A DNA stretch of 61,069 nucleotides from a virus (Duplodnaviria > Caudoviricetes): IMG/VR virus record IMGVR_UViG_3300035701_000033, positions 1 to 61,069 of that record, one strand, 5' to 3'. The notes below the pieces were generated by a model that saw only the letters and a list, made by a program, of their open reading frames with translations, ran no database searches and was not told the origin of the DNA. Below are positions 30,833 to 41,072 of the stretch, piece by piece. The position numbers were made by a program, and so were the translations under genes. Numbering within the stretch: the stretch's first letter is position 1; each line of letters begins with the position of its first letter.

Positions 30833-31264
30833 TTAGGTTGGAGTACCTTTGGACAGCTGGACAATCGGAGTAACCTTGTATGTATCACCATTGTTTGCTG
30901 GGGTAAATGTCGCACCAGCCTTTTCTGCATACACCAGAACTCCGTCAGCATCCACAACATAGTACCCATATATTGCTGGGTTTGTAGTTAGAGGCCCAGT
31001 AAACGTAAAGGTCTGCTGCGCATAGGCAACCTGTTCAATGCCACCGACCTGCGATTCTACCCAGCCTGTACCATTTGTTAGGGTAATAGCTGCATACCCG
31101 CCCCCTGCTGCCTCTGTAAAGGAACCAGCTGTCGAAGTATCTGCCGGGGTTACGTCAGTAGCAAACAGTTTCAAGGTAAGATTTTTACCCCCTGCTGGCC
31201 ATACATTTTGAAAAGCTGCTTTTAGCAGCATTACTGCGCCTACATCTGCAAGAACTAAGGCCAT
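30833..31264 (-). CDS. Putative virion fibre-associated structural protein
   Basis: LKLF...TEAAGGGYA...QTFTF...IYGYYV motif common in phage virion proteins. Confidence 0.55.
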   Translation of the reverse strand: MALVLADVGAVMLLKAAFQNVWPAGGKNLTLKLFATDVTPADTSTAGSFTEAAGGGYAAITLTNGTGWVESQVGGIEQVAYAQQTFTFTGPLTTNPAIYGYYVVDADGVLVYAEKAGATFTPANNGDTYKVTPIVQLSKGTPT

Positions 31265-31336
31265 GATATATTCTCCTTTTATTTATAATTTCAGATAGTA
31301 TTATTAAACGCCTATTTCATATTTTATTCAAGGGTA

Positions 31337-31837
31337 TTATGCCGTTGTTTTCCATTCACCATTTATCTTAACCGAGATTGTTGCTACCTGTTTCCATGCG
31401 CCGCCTACTTTTACATACACGGCATTCGCGGTTTTCCATACTCCGCCTATATTAACCCTAAGTACAAGCCCTGATGATCCTATTGGTGATCCGGTTCCGC
31501 CAATTAGTCCACCTGCTGCGCCGGATATAGATCCATTAAAATTCTTAGTAATCGCCGCTGATCCCCCGGCCAAACCACCTTCGGAACCTAGCGCAATAAA
31601 ACCCTTAGCAACTACTCCAGACCCTCCAATCAAACCACCCTCGGCACCTGAGATTGAATAAGATGCCGACGCTGCGGTCCCAAAGGCTGAACCCGTACCG
31701 CCGCATAAACACCCCCCAGTTCCAAGCATCCCAATTCCATATTCTACTTGTGTATAGACTTGAGAAATTTTTTGTCTTCTGGGATCTTCCCATTCTACTT
31801 GTGCATAGACTTGAGAAATTTTTTGTAGATCAGCCAT
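31337..31837 (-). CDS. Gly-rich virion protein
   Basis: Duplicated QKISQVYxQVE, GGLIGG repeats and three VxIxGxWK repeats at C-terminus. Confidence 0.5.
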   Translation of the reverse strand: MADLQKISQVYAQVEWEDPRRQKISQVYTQVEYGIGMLGTGGCLCGGTGSAFGTAASASYSISGAEGGLIGGSGVVAKGFIALGSEGGLAGGSAAITKNFNGSISGAAGGLIGGTGSPIGSSGLVLRVNIGGVWKTANAVYVKVGGAWKQVATISVKINGEWKTTA

Positions 31838-31840
31838 ATA

Positions 31841-32809
31841 TTACGCCTTTGCTTTTATGCCAATTTCTATATCATTTATCGTACTCTCTGTCCAAACTAC
31901 ACTGCCATTAGGATTAAGCTCCCAAATATTTGTATATCCCACGTAAGATGTGGTAAGTGATTTATCTGTACTAGTGTAATTAGTGGAGTTAGTACGTATG
32001 ACAAGATCAAGTTTTGTTACTGCCGCTGCGCCCTCATATAAAGCTCTAGCTTGGACTTGTACCCCTTTGATCTCTCCAACAGACCCAGTTAAATTCCCTA
32101 ATATATAAGTATCTATTTCATCTGCGGTATTAGTACTTACATAATCAGTATCAGAATATGGTATTTCATCGACGCACGCATAGTTAGATCCTGTACTGGG
32201 ATCATACTGAGTCGAATTTCCAGCCCCTGTTATGGCAATACCTTGAATTTTTGTACCAGTAGGCATCGTAGTTGAGTCCACAATAAAGGTGTCGAAATTC
32301 GCATTAGGTTCCCCCGATCTAGCACCTAAAACAACATTATCCATAGTTGTTTCCGTTCCGGGTTTAGTATCCCCCGTAAAATCAATATCTGTGGCACCAT
32401 CAACAGTTACTTTGAACCTACCTGCCGAATCATCAATCTTTATGTAAACCCCTATTTTTCTAGTTGTAGAAGTAGGAGTAGTCGCGGTCCCGGTAGCAAG
32501 CAAACTAGACCCATATCCGCTATAAGCTTTTAAGTTTCCCGAACTATTGTTGGTTCTCCATAATGAGCATAAGGTAGTAGTCCCGCTTCGTACTTCTAAA
32601 ACCCGTTCGCCGTTATCTGCTTGGCTATTATACCAAAAAGCAAAATAATATTCTCCTGCTGCTGGAAGATTTTTTTGAACCCAGTACGTTCCTCCATACA
32701 ATCGTAAGCAATAATTTCCGTCCATTCCCGACGTTATTACAGGGGCACTAGAAGAATCCCATAGTCCAATAGACCCATCCTCAAAACCATCCATAAATAT
32801 TCGTGCCAT
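31841..32809 (-). CDS. Putative carbohydrate-binding virion protein
   Basis: FMDGFE start and lectin-like beta composition. Confidence 0.45.
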   Translation of the reverse strand: MARIFMDGFEDGSIGLWDSSSAPVITSGMDGNYCLRLYGGTYWVQKNLPAAGEYYFAFWYNSQADNGERVLEVRSGTTTLCSLWRTNNSSGNLKAYSGYGSSLLATGTATTPTSTTRKIGVYIKIDDSAGRFKVTVDGATDIDFTGDTKPGTETTMDNVVLGARSGEPNANFDTFIVDSTTMPTGTKIQGIAITGAGNSTQYDPSTGSNYACVDEIPYSDTDYVSTNTADEIDTYILGNLTGSVGEIKGVQVQARALYEGAAAVTKLDLVIRTNSTNYTSTDKSLTTSYVGYTNIWELNPNGSVVWTESTINDIEIGIKAKA

Positions 32810-32818
32810 GATTAACTC

Positions 32819-33904
32819 CTATGCATTATACTTAATCCAAACATCGCCGTTCTGTCCCCCAGATGGGGCGGATACTGATTCAATTACATTCCGCATTTGC
32901 GCTGTTGTATAATCCGTATTTTCATCCGCGATTAATGCGCCGGTCATAGTTGTTCCCACAACCGGAACAAACCCCGTATGTCCTGAAGTGGCGTAGGCCA
33001 AATTGGATAACGAGGCATGGTCAGTTGATGGTGATGCCGAGAATGCAGTAATAAACACACTATCAATTTGTGTGGCCGTGGCTCCATTCAGTACTACTAT
33101 AATTCTACCCACCAACATCGCATGTGAACTGATAAGCGGTGGATGTGTCGGCGGTTGAGCTGCCTGAGCCTGAACCAGATTATAGTTCCCTGTACCCAGA
33201 GTAATATAGATATCCTTCTGCGATTCGATGCCCCGATATACCCAGTTCACTGCATACTTAGCTGCTCCTAATGATACCAGTGCAGTACCATCATCATACT
33301 GGGTATTATTATATTGAGTAACTGTACTCTCTGTCCATACTCCTGCAACATGATAGCAAAATACTATATTATCCGTCGCTGAATTTACTTCATCCAGATC
33401 AAGAGGTACTGATAATGCCTCGTATACTCGACCTGCGAGAGTCTTTACATTCCGAGTACCATACTCACTGAGGTCAAGACCATTCGCCCGGATGAAACGT
33501 AAATACGTACTCGCCGCAGCGAAGAATATTTTCTCTGGTAGTGCGACCCCTAGTGAATCCCAGTTGGTTACATGCAGGTGTATGCCATTTCGGTATACAG
33601 TAAATATGGGTACATGCGTTCCCAGTTCGAATAACGCTCGGTCTGTAACTATCTGGAATGCTGGAGAACCCCCATTAAATAACGCTCCAATATAACTCAG
33701 GGCATTATCCGTAGGCGTAAGCGTTGCCCCCGGTATAAGATATGTTTTTGGCACCCCACCATTAGTGGCGTTATCATATATGTTGACGCTGTATGTTCCT
33801 ATAGTAATAGTACCGTTCCCATTATCCGTAAAGGTGGGAGTCAAGAGCATACCCTTATATTTCGTCTGCATCTCCTGTAAGGAGTCAAGTATTTTTAATG
33901 GCAT
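32819..33904 (-). CDS. Putative tail fibre protein
   Basis: DHASLSNL and terminal PSGGQNGDVW motifs typical of fibres. Confidence 0.5.
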   Translation of the reverse strand: MPLKILDSLQEMQTKYKGMLLTPTFTDNGNGTITIGTYSVNIYDNATNGGVPKTYLIPGATLTPTDNALSYIGALFNGGSPAFQIVTDRALFELGTHVPIFTVYRNGIHLHVTNWDSLGVALPEKIFFAAASTYLRFIRANGLDLSEYGTRNVKTLAGRVYEALSVPLDLDEVNSATDNIVFCYHVAGVWTESTVTQYNNTQYDDGTALVSLGAAKYAVNWVYRGIESQKDIYITLGTGNYNLVQAQAAQPPTHPPLISSHAMLVGRIIVVLNGATATQIDSVFITAFSASPSTDHASLSNLAYATSGHTGFVPVVGTTMTGALIADENTDYTTAQMRNVIESVSAPSGGQNGDVWIKYNA

Positions 33905-34217
33905 GGATTACTCCTTATTTTGTATATATGCCGTCAGCACAGATATTGTTCGACGCCGCATTGGTATTTTTCACGCGATAGTATTTTGTATTTGTGCAAT
34001 GGAGAAACACACCCATCCATGAGCCATTTCCTGCTATAGTGTCTACCGTAACCGCCGTTGCCCCATCGTAGAACTCCAGAACTGCATCGGTGCTATGAGA
34101 AATATTATGGATCACTATCTCAGTCCCAGCTCCGGGCTGCATATTGAAATAGTTATTCTGCGCTACTGCTGAAACTCCCAATTGATAAACGTCGCCAGCT
34201 GCCATATCATTTCTCCT

Positions 34218-34760
34218 TTAAAGGTTGATCTGAATATTAACTTGGTTCGCGTTGGACTGTGTATCCTTTGAAACCTGTGGTGTCAGTCCTGCAAATTCTG
34301 CTACCTTTGTCCATGCTGTTATCCGATCCTTGGCAGCTACATGCGTGTTCGTTATGAGCCCAAAGATATCTTCGAGGGTTTCTTCAGCAATCAGTTTCGC
34401 CTTAACTGCAAACGTGACTCCTGACTCCCTGAGTGTCTTGGTATGGATCTGCAGTTCCTGCCTGAATGCTGGTTGTTGAACGATCCGAGCGAACTCGGGC
34501 TCAGATAGTAAATATCTTTCCCGGATCGTGTCTTCGTCCTCTACTCCCAGAGCTACATCAAAGACCATTCTGGGGTTCCACCCTCCCAGTATTGGCTCGG
34601 GACGCAGTGCCAGTTCCTGCGACATATTCTCTTTGGCCTGCCTGTATGCCCCATCTATAGTCGATTGAGCAGAAAGAGTCCGGGCCTTTTCAGGCTCCAG
34701 ACTATCTTCATACAGGTCATCGAACCCGTCTTCGTATGGATCTAAGAGTTCTCTATTCAT
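34218..34760 (-). CDS. Probable terminase small subunit
   Basis: Helical 180-aa ORF at head of late operon ending VNIQINL; assignment by synteny and pattern. Confidence 0.45.
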   Translation of the reverse strand: MNRELLDPYEDGFDDLYEDSLEPEKARTLSAQSTIDGAYRQAKENMSQELALRPEPILGGWNPRMVFDVALGVEDEDTIRERYLLSEPEFARIVQQPAFRQELQIHTKTLRESGVTFAVKAKLIAEETLEDIFGLITNTHVAAKDRITAWTKVAEFAGLTPQVSKDTQSNANQVNIQINL

Positions 34761-34955
34761 GCGATAATCATATCAATCCTTGAAAGTTAATACAAGGGAG
34801 TTTCTTGGCGTTCAATCTCCTTCATTATTTCATCATGTAGTTTCCCTAATCTGTTGTGTTGATCTGGCAATCCCATCATTATGCACATGAGCATAATAAT
34901 CCTGAATGTCTTACGCATTATTTTTATCTGATCATGTGCTGTCATGGCGGATCTC

Positions 34956-36338
34956 CTATAAAATCTCCGCAGCTATAGAAGCAAGTTCAGATCTTTCGCC
35001 TTTTGTTAGGGTAATATGTGCTGCAATCTTCTGATTCCTGAATCTCTCTACTACATAGGTCAGACCGTTCGACGATGCATCCAACCAAGGATTATCAATT
35101 TGCTGAGGATCGCCAGTTAAAATAATTTTGGTTCCTTCCCCAGCTCTGGTTATTATAGTCTTAACTTCATGTGGTGTCAAGTTCTGTGCTTCATCAATTA
35201 TCAGGTACTGATTCGGGATAGACCGACCACGAATGTAAGTCAGTGGCTCGATCTCCATTATCCCTGCAGCAAGTAGCTCCATATAAGCATTACCAAATTG
35301 CCCCCGCTCTTTTTCAATACACGCTGAATCATTTGCAGGGATGTCTCCTTTGGATTTCCCCAGTTTCTTTTTCGTTTCCAGTGGCTTCATGATCCGGGAT
35401 GACCCGACCTGATACCCCGACAGTAGAAATTCTACGTTATCATAGATCGGCTGCATGTACGGTGCCAGTTTCTCCCTGATATCTCCCGGCAGGAACCCGA
35501 TATCTTTCCCCATCTGAAAGACCGGACGCCCGACCAGCAGTTTTCTATAAGTAAAGTCCTCAGTCACAGCTTTGATCCCCGCAGCGAGAGCAAGAAGGGT
35601 CTTCCCTGTACCTGCTTTGCCCACCAGCGTCACCAATTTTATGTTATCGTCAAGCAAAATGTCGAGAGCCATACGCTGCTCGTCGTTTCTTGGCTCCAAA
35701 TCACAGATTTTTCCGGAGTCTGGGACTGTATTGAACAGATCAGCCTCGGCATCATAGCGACACATAACTCCGTATTCATCTATTACAAATTCATTAGGAG
35801 ATATATTCTCTACAGGATAAAATCCGAGTCTAAAACCTTCAGGTAATCTGATTACTCCAGTATACATCTCGTCCATTGATACAGTATTAGTGTCATATGT
35901 CTCTGCCCGAATGCCAACAACGTCTGCTTTGATCCGCAGATTCATATCTCGCGTGATTAGAACCACCTCTTGATCCTGATATATGTAACTATTTTCTATA
36001 GCCACTGCCAGAATCCGGGTATCTGCCATCTTATGATCCATATCCGAGGGTACTTTGCAGAGAAACTCATCGGTACAGAAATCTACTCTGAGGATACCAC
36101 CATGTTCATGCAGAGGGATGCCATCAATAAGCGAACCTTTTTCCCTCATCGCGTCGATAAAGCGGGAGAATGCTCTTGAATTGCGTCCAAGATCGTTCAT
36201 TTCCTTCTTGAAATGGTCAAGTTCTTCAAGTACAACCATGGGTACTATAACTGTGTGAGGTCCGAAAGTCATTACAGATTGGGCATCATGCAAGATGATA
36301 TTGGTATCGATCACAAATATGGTGGGTTTTTCTGACAT
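34956..36338 (-). CDS. phoH: PIN-PhoH (PhoH2-like) protein
   Basis: PIN motifs FVIDTN, EELD, DTRIL, TRDMNLR; PhoH motifs GKAGTGKT, GFLPG, YIRGRS, IDEAQN, GDPQQID. Confidence 0.92.
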   Translation of the reverse strand: MSEKPTIFVIDTNIILHDAQSVMTFGPHTVIVPMVVLEELDHFKKEMNDLGRNSRAFSRFIDAMREKGSLIDGIPLHEHGGILRVDFCTDEFLCKVPSDMDHKMADTRILAVAIENSYIYQDQEVVLITRDMNLRIKADVVGIRAETYDTNTVSMDEMYTGVIRLPEGFRLGFYPVENISPNEFVIDEYGVMCRYDAEADLFNTVPDSGKICDLEPRNDEQRMALDILLDDNIKLVTLVGKAGTGKTLLALAAGIKAVTEDFTYRKLLVGRPVFQMGKDIGFLPGDIREKLAPYMQPIYDNVEFLLSGYQVGSSRIMKPLETKKKLGKSKGDIPANDSACIEKERGQFGNAYMELLAAGIMEIEPLTYIRGRSIPNQYLIIDEAQNLTPHEVKTIITRAGEGTKIILTGDPQQIDNPWLDASSNGLTYVVERFRNQKIAAHITLTKGERSELASIAAEIL

Positions 36339-36390
36339 GGGGATTCTCCTTTTGTGGGGGTAAATGTCGTATCGAACCTTATATGATTAT

Positions 36391-36419
36391 AGGATAACTG
36401 TTTTGAAAGGGGATGTCAA
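36391..36419 (-). promoter_or_regulatory. Sigma70-like leftward promoter
   Basis: TTGACA-17nt-TATCCT on minus strand upstream of phoH. Confidence 0.55.
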
Positions 36420-36654
36420 GAGATATTATATGGATACTACGATACATCCTTATAGTGAAAATTTTTTGTAATTTCGTATCTTGCGTTACATCCTTCGGTC
36501 TAAGCCTTTTGGTATGTACGAACCTATACTTCACTACTCCCCTCCCCCCTCGTAGCCCCCCCTTTGCCTTTATGTAATGATCCCGGATACTTAGGCCTTT
36601 TAGTACCGGATTTTACCTCTATACATATATAAAACATCAAAAGAAAGAATTTTC

Positions 36655-36682
36655 TTGCAATGTCCCGATGTTTTGGTATAGT
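36655..36682 (+). promoter_or_regulatory. Early rightward promoter
   Basis: TTGCAA-16nt-TATAGT with extended -10 TG, followed by AAGGAGG RBS. Confidence 0.6.
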
Positions 36683-36984
36683 TTAATCAAACGAACAAAG
36701 GAGGAAAGACCATGAGACAGTTAGAATCTTTCTATAATGAATATAAAAATGAGCGCAATATATTTACAGTTCAAGCTCTATGCAAACACTATAAAGTACA
36801 AATCCTTGCTACAACTACTAATCATGATTCATTAATTGTACGCTTTAACCGCTATCGGTATTATGTAACAAATAATAAGATTGAACAAATACGCTAAAAG
36901 GAGAAAGAACAAGAACGGCCAATTTACGAAAAGCTAGTTACTCTTTGGTTAGTTGGTTAAAATACTATTTAAAAGGAGTTTATT

Positions 36985-37386
36985 ATGAAATATCAAAAAC
37001 TAACATTAAAAGCCGGTGCTGGATCAACAAAAATTAGTTTAGAAAATGCTATAAAATTTTTAGGTGCCGATGCAATTGAAGCTGGTGAAAAGCGCGGTAC
37101 ATCTAAACACTATGGACCTTATAGTATCATTACAAGTTATACTGCGCTTGCTACAACCGCAACGTGGAAAGATATTGGCCTTACATACGGCGTAGTTAAT
37201 GAATATACTTTGCATGGCAATAGAACAATAACTAATCCTAAACAGTCCGGTTATGGTCTCGAAGGTTATGTTAGCATTGACGGCATTAAAAGAAGTTGTT
37301 TCACCTCTTCAATATTGTTTGAAATAGAAGAGACTAAACAACTAATTGACGTTGCTGTTATTCATGTAAGAACTAAAAAGGACTAA
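36985..37386 (+). CDS. Early hypothetical protein
   Basis: AAGGAG RBS, 133-aa ORF in early region. Confidence 0.6.
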   Translation: MKYQKLTLKAGAGSTKISLENAIKFLGADAIEAGEKRGTSKHYGPYSIITSYTALATTATWKDIGLTYGVVNEYTLHGNRTITNPKQSGYGLEGYVSIDGIKRSCFTSSILFEIEETKQLIDVAVIHVRTKKD

Positions 37387-37830
37387 TTGCCATGTTAACA
37401 CTGATAGAAATAGAATTATTCTGTGATATGTTTGAGATTGACTAAAATTTAAAGGAGAAAGACCATGACACGCAAAGATTATCAATTGATTGCTTACACA
37501 TTACGTGACAGTGAAGCACCTGAAAATGTAATAGAGGCATTAGCAGAAGCATTTGCGGCGGATAATCCGCGATTCGACGAAACAAGATTTATACTTGCCG
37601 CCTTAGACAAAGGTTAGGAGGATAACATGAGATACTACGATATCATTGCTTACAGCCCTGAATGGGGCGGATACTTCGATGGATTTGGATACGAAGCAAG
37701 AAGAGAAGACGCGATAGCGTTAGAAGACGGAACAATCAGATATATGAAGTCAAGCCGGGAATACTCTGATTTGGTCTTTAAACCGCGAAGGATTTATGCT
37801 GCCTAACAACCTAACAGGAGGACACACGTC

Positions 37831-38094
37831 ATGCTAACAAGAATCTTAACAGAGGATATACTTGGAACTGAAAACATTGTAGCAGAACTGTTTGATGGCT
37901 TTACAGTCATACATGTGACAGGATACTGGAAGGGACAGCAAGAAAAAAGCGTGATCTTTGAAATTGTAGATGCCGATCCGCAAACGGTGCTTGCTTGCGT
38001 CGAATTAATTAATCACATTAATAAACAGGAATGCTGTCTGATTCAGAATATTGGTTGTGACAGTCAGTTTGTTTGTTCAGAGATGAAATATTAA
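37831..38094 (+). CDS. SAM lyase (SAMase)-like early protein
   Basis: FDGFTV...GYWKGQQEKSVIFEI...KQECCL matches GxW/Y..E.S...QE pattern of phage SAM lyases; AGGAGG RBS. Confidence 0.55.
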   Translation: MLTRILTEDILGTENIVAELFDGFTVIHVTGYWKGQQEKSVIFEIVDADPQTVLACVELINHINKQECCLIQNIGCDSQFVCSEMKY

Positions 38095-38106
38095 AAGGAG
38101 ACGCAA

Positions 38107-38292
38107 ATGGCATACGATAAACTAGGGGCCATGATGGCATGGGAAGAGGGCGAACTTGACGATACCGAAACTATAGAACTGTTTCAGCACTTAATTGACT
38201 CAGGACTTGCATGGAGTTTACAAGGCTGTTATGGACGAATGGCAGCGGCTTTAATTGAAAGAGGATACTGCGAACCAAAACAGGTAAATTAG
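38107..38292 (+). CDS. Conserved small phage early protein
   Basis: WEEGEL...LFQHLIDSGLAWSLQGCYGR motif seen in many phages; AAGGAG RBS. Confidence 0.65.
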   Translation: MAYDKLGAMMAWEEGELDDTETIELFQHLIDSGLAWSLQGCYGRMAAALIERGYCEPKQVN

Positions 38293-39470
38293 AAAAACAC
38301 AATCATTAGTAGGCTTCAATATTAGAGCAAAAAAGACTCTAATATTGATACAAATTAATGAGCAAAAAGTATTAGTATTTATGGAATCAGGTACTTTAGG
38401 TGAACGTAACAATATCAAGTATTTACAAGCGAAAATGTATCGCCCAAAAAAGTGTCAAGTTTTAATGTAATTTTAATATAAGAAAAAGTTCTTTGATAAC
38501 TGTAGTCTACGCCATTATTGCTATTTTAATGTGAAGTGAAGTGATATGTAGTTTATAAAAAGCTTACAAAAAAGGCCATTTTCAAAAGAAAAAAGTCGCA
38601 ATACACGATATACATAAGAATGTCCAGAATACCATGGAATCTACTTCTCCAATATGTAACTCTTAATAACGATGAATTGAAATGATGACTTAAAATAAAT
38701 TATATAGACGGAAATTCGCTTAAATCATACTATTCGTAGAATTCAGCATTATTTGCTTTACACTTTTTTATACGATACACGAAAATATGTCTACAAATAC
38801 TATGAACAAGCGTTTTTAGACGTCTCTTGTTTTGGAAATGTATCGCTGTAATTACATACTTTTTAGACGATACAACAAGAAAGCGAGACTTTATGGACAT
38901 CTGGACATACACTGATTTCAAAAGCCAGCGATTATTTTCATTTAGTGTCCCACACATACTTGTCCAGTAATCCCGCAAAAAGGCCAAATATTAAGGTAAC
39001 TTGGACACTCAACTATAACCGATGTATCGCACCAAAGTTACATGACATTTTTGACACAAAACCTACACTAAACTTACATTTATGCATTCTTTTAGTATTC
39101 GTAGACATAATATGTGTCGTTTATGCTACACTTTCGAGGCAAAAGGCTAAAATGTCCTCATGTAACGCTGCCCGATCTTGTTCCAAAAACTTTCATTTTG
39201 GCGTCCTGAATTTCTATGTTTGTATCGCTGAAATGATGTAAAAATGTGCTTCATTATATGGAAACATGCATGTATCTCTCGAAAAAGTGTAAAGTAAATT
39301 TCATCATTTTCATTGTAACCGTAGACAAACTTAAAAATAATATGTCTACAAATACTAATAAAAAGTTTGACAAACCCAAAATATAGGCGTAGGATTATAG
39401 TTAAGGATAAGGAAAAAACGGTTATAAGGCAACACTAAACTTTAACCATTTTTAATATTCGAGGTGTATT
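38293..39470. other. AT-rich non-coding region with dispersed repeats (origin candidate)
   Basis: No credible ORF; 19-mer AATATGTCTACAAATACTA at 38784 and 39339 plus inverted 17/19 copy at 39093; TGTATCGC four times. Confidence 0.5.
39367..39395 (+). promoter_or_regulatory. Sigma70-like promoter
   Basis: TTGACA-17nt-TAGGAT. Confidence 0.55.
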
Positions 39471-39995
39471 ATGAACACAAAAGATAAAGTCATAATGCTG
39501 GGATTAGCAGAATATGAAGCTGAAATATATATTACTCTTGAAGATTTAGCATTAAACAATAAGGTATTAAACGTAATAGATTTGGAGTATTTAACTGGAA
39601 ATATAGATGGTAGATATAATTGTTGGGGGTTTACAGCTTTTAGCATGGGGTGGGACTATGAGTTAGCTTGGTGGGGGGCAAAGGAGATGAACGCTCTTTT
39701 AGAAACTCATAGTGAAAAGGTTGATATTCCGCGCAAAGGCGACATAGCAGTATATCGGGATACATTTTGCAATGAACTTATGCATACCGCGATAGTTATT
39801 AGCAATGAATATTGTGGCAGTGGGGATCCAATGGACCCAATGATTATTCATAAACCCGGTATGCATCGGCTGGAGATAACATGGGCTGAACATACTCGGA
39901 AAGGATATAATGTTTTCACGACTGGGCGATGTACATTGGATTTTTACCGTCCTATATTGGGTGAAATACCAGAACAGATAGAACTACCATTTTAA
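39471..39995 (+). CDS. Papain/NlpC-P60-like Cys-His protein
   Basis: YNCWGF...GDIAVY...HTAIV pattern. Confidence 0.45.
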   Translation: MNTKDKVIMLGLAEYEAEIYITLEDLALNNKVLNVIDLEYLTGNIDGRYNCWGFTAFSMGWDYELAWWGAKEMNALLETHSEKVDIPRKGDIAVYRDTFCNELMHTAIVISNEYCGSGDPMDPMIIHKPGMHRLEITWAEHTRKGYNVFTTGRCTLDFYRPILGEIPEQIELPF

Positions 39996-40229
39996 TCGGA
40001 GGATGATATGAACATTGTAGAAGCGTTACAGTTAAGAAAAGGGGATTTGGTTCGTTGCCCATCTGATCGGGGAAACCCGGAATATGTAGGGCGCGTAATA
40101 GAGGAATTTGTTGGAGGGAAAGTCCATAAGAATTTGAAGGAAAAGGAATACATATGGGTTTTGATAGCATCGCAATCAGGACATAAAGAGACTTGGCCGT
40201 CAAATAGATTAGAATAAAAGGAGCTTAAA

Positions 40230-41072
40230 ATGAAACCTGAAGAATTGAAAGAAGTATTACGACTGCACAAACTATGGCTCGAAGGTAATCCAGAAGGTAA
40301 ATGCGCGGACTTTTCGGGCGCGAACTTGGCATATGCGAACTTATCGCACGTGAACTTGACAGACGCGAACTTGGCATATGCGAACTTATCGCACGTGAAC
40401 TTGACAGGCGCGGACTTGGCATATGCGGACTTGTCATATGCGATCTTGAGAGGCGCGAACTTGTCGCGGGTGAATTTGACAGGCGCGAACTTGAGAGACG
40501 CGATCTTGTCGCGGGTGAATTTGACAGACGCGAACTTGACAGACGCGAACTTGACAGACGCGAACTTGAGAGACGCGAACTTGACAGACGCGAACTTGAC
40601 ACGCGCGAACTTGACAGGCGCGAACTTGACAGACGCGAACTTGACAAACGCGGACTTGTCATATGCGAACTTGACAGGCGCGAACTTGAGAGACGCGATC
40701 TTGTCGCGGGTGAACTTGAGAGACGCGAAGCTCCCGAATTTTCAGATATGTCCAGAAGTAGGGAGTTTTCGAGCGTTTAAAAAACTGGCAAACGGCGATA
40801 TCGTAGAACTGGAGATACCGGCAAGAGCAAAACGTACAAGTTCGCTCGTTGGGCGAAAATGTAGGGCTGAATTTGCCAAGGTTATAACATTCTGGAATAC
40901 AGATCATTCAAAATCAAAATCAATAATTGGGAAGAGCACTTATATCAATAGTTTCAAATATGTTAAAGGCTCAGTAGTTCATTCGTATTCATACGACGAT
41001 GATATAAGAATTGAGTGTACGCACGGAATACACTTTTTCGTAACTTTTAAAGAAGCCGCAGAGTATTGCTGA
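40230..41072 (+). CDS. Pentapeptide-repeat protein 1 with DUF5758-like C-terminal domain
   Basis: A(N/D)Lxx repeats then FKK...LEIP..AKR...RKCRAEFAKV...ECTHGIHFF. Confidence 0.9.
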   Translation: MKPEELKEVLRLHKLWLEGNPEGKCADFSGANLAYANLSHVNLTDANLAYANLSHVNLTGADLAYADLSYAILRGANLSRVNLTGANLRDAILSRVNLTDANLTDANLTDANLRDANLTDANLTRANLTGANLTDANLTNADLSYANLTGANLRDAILSRVNLRDAKLPNFQICPEVGSFRAFKKLANGDIVELEIPARAKRTSSLVGRKCRAEFAKVITFWNTDHSKSKSIIGKSTYINSFKYVKGSVVHSYSYDDDIRIECTHGIHFFVTFKEAAEYC

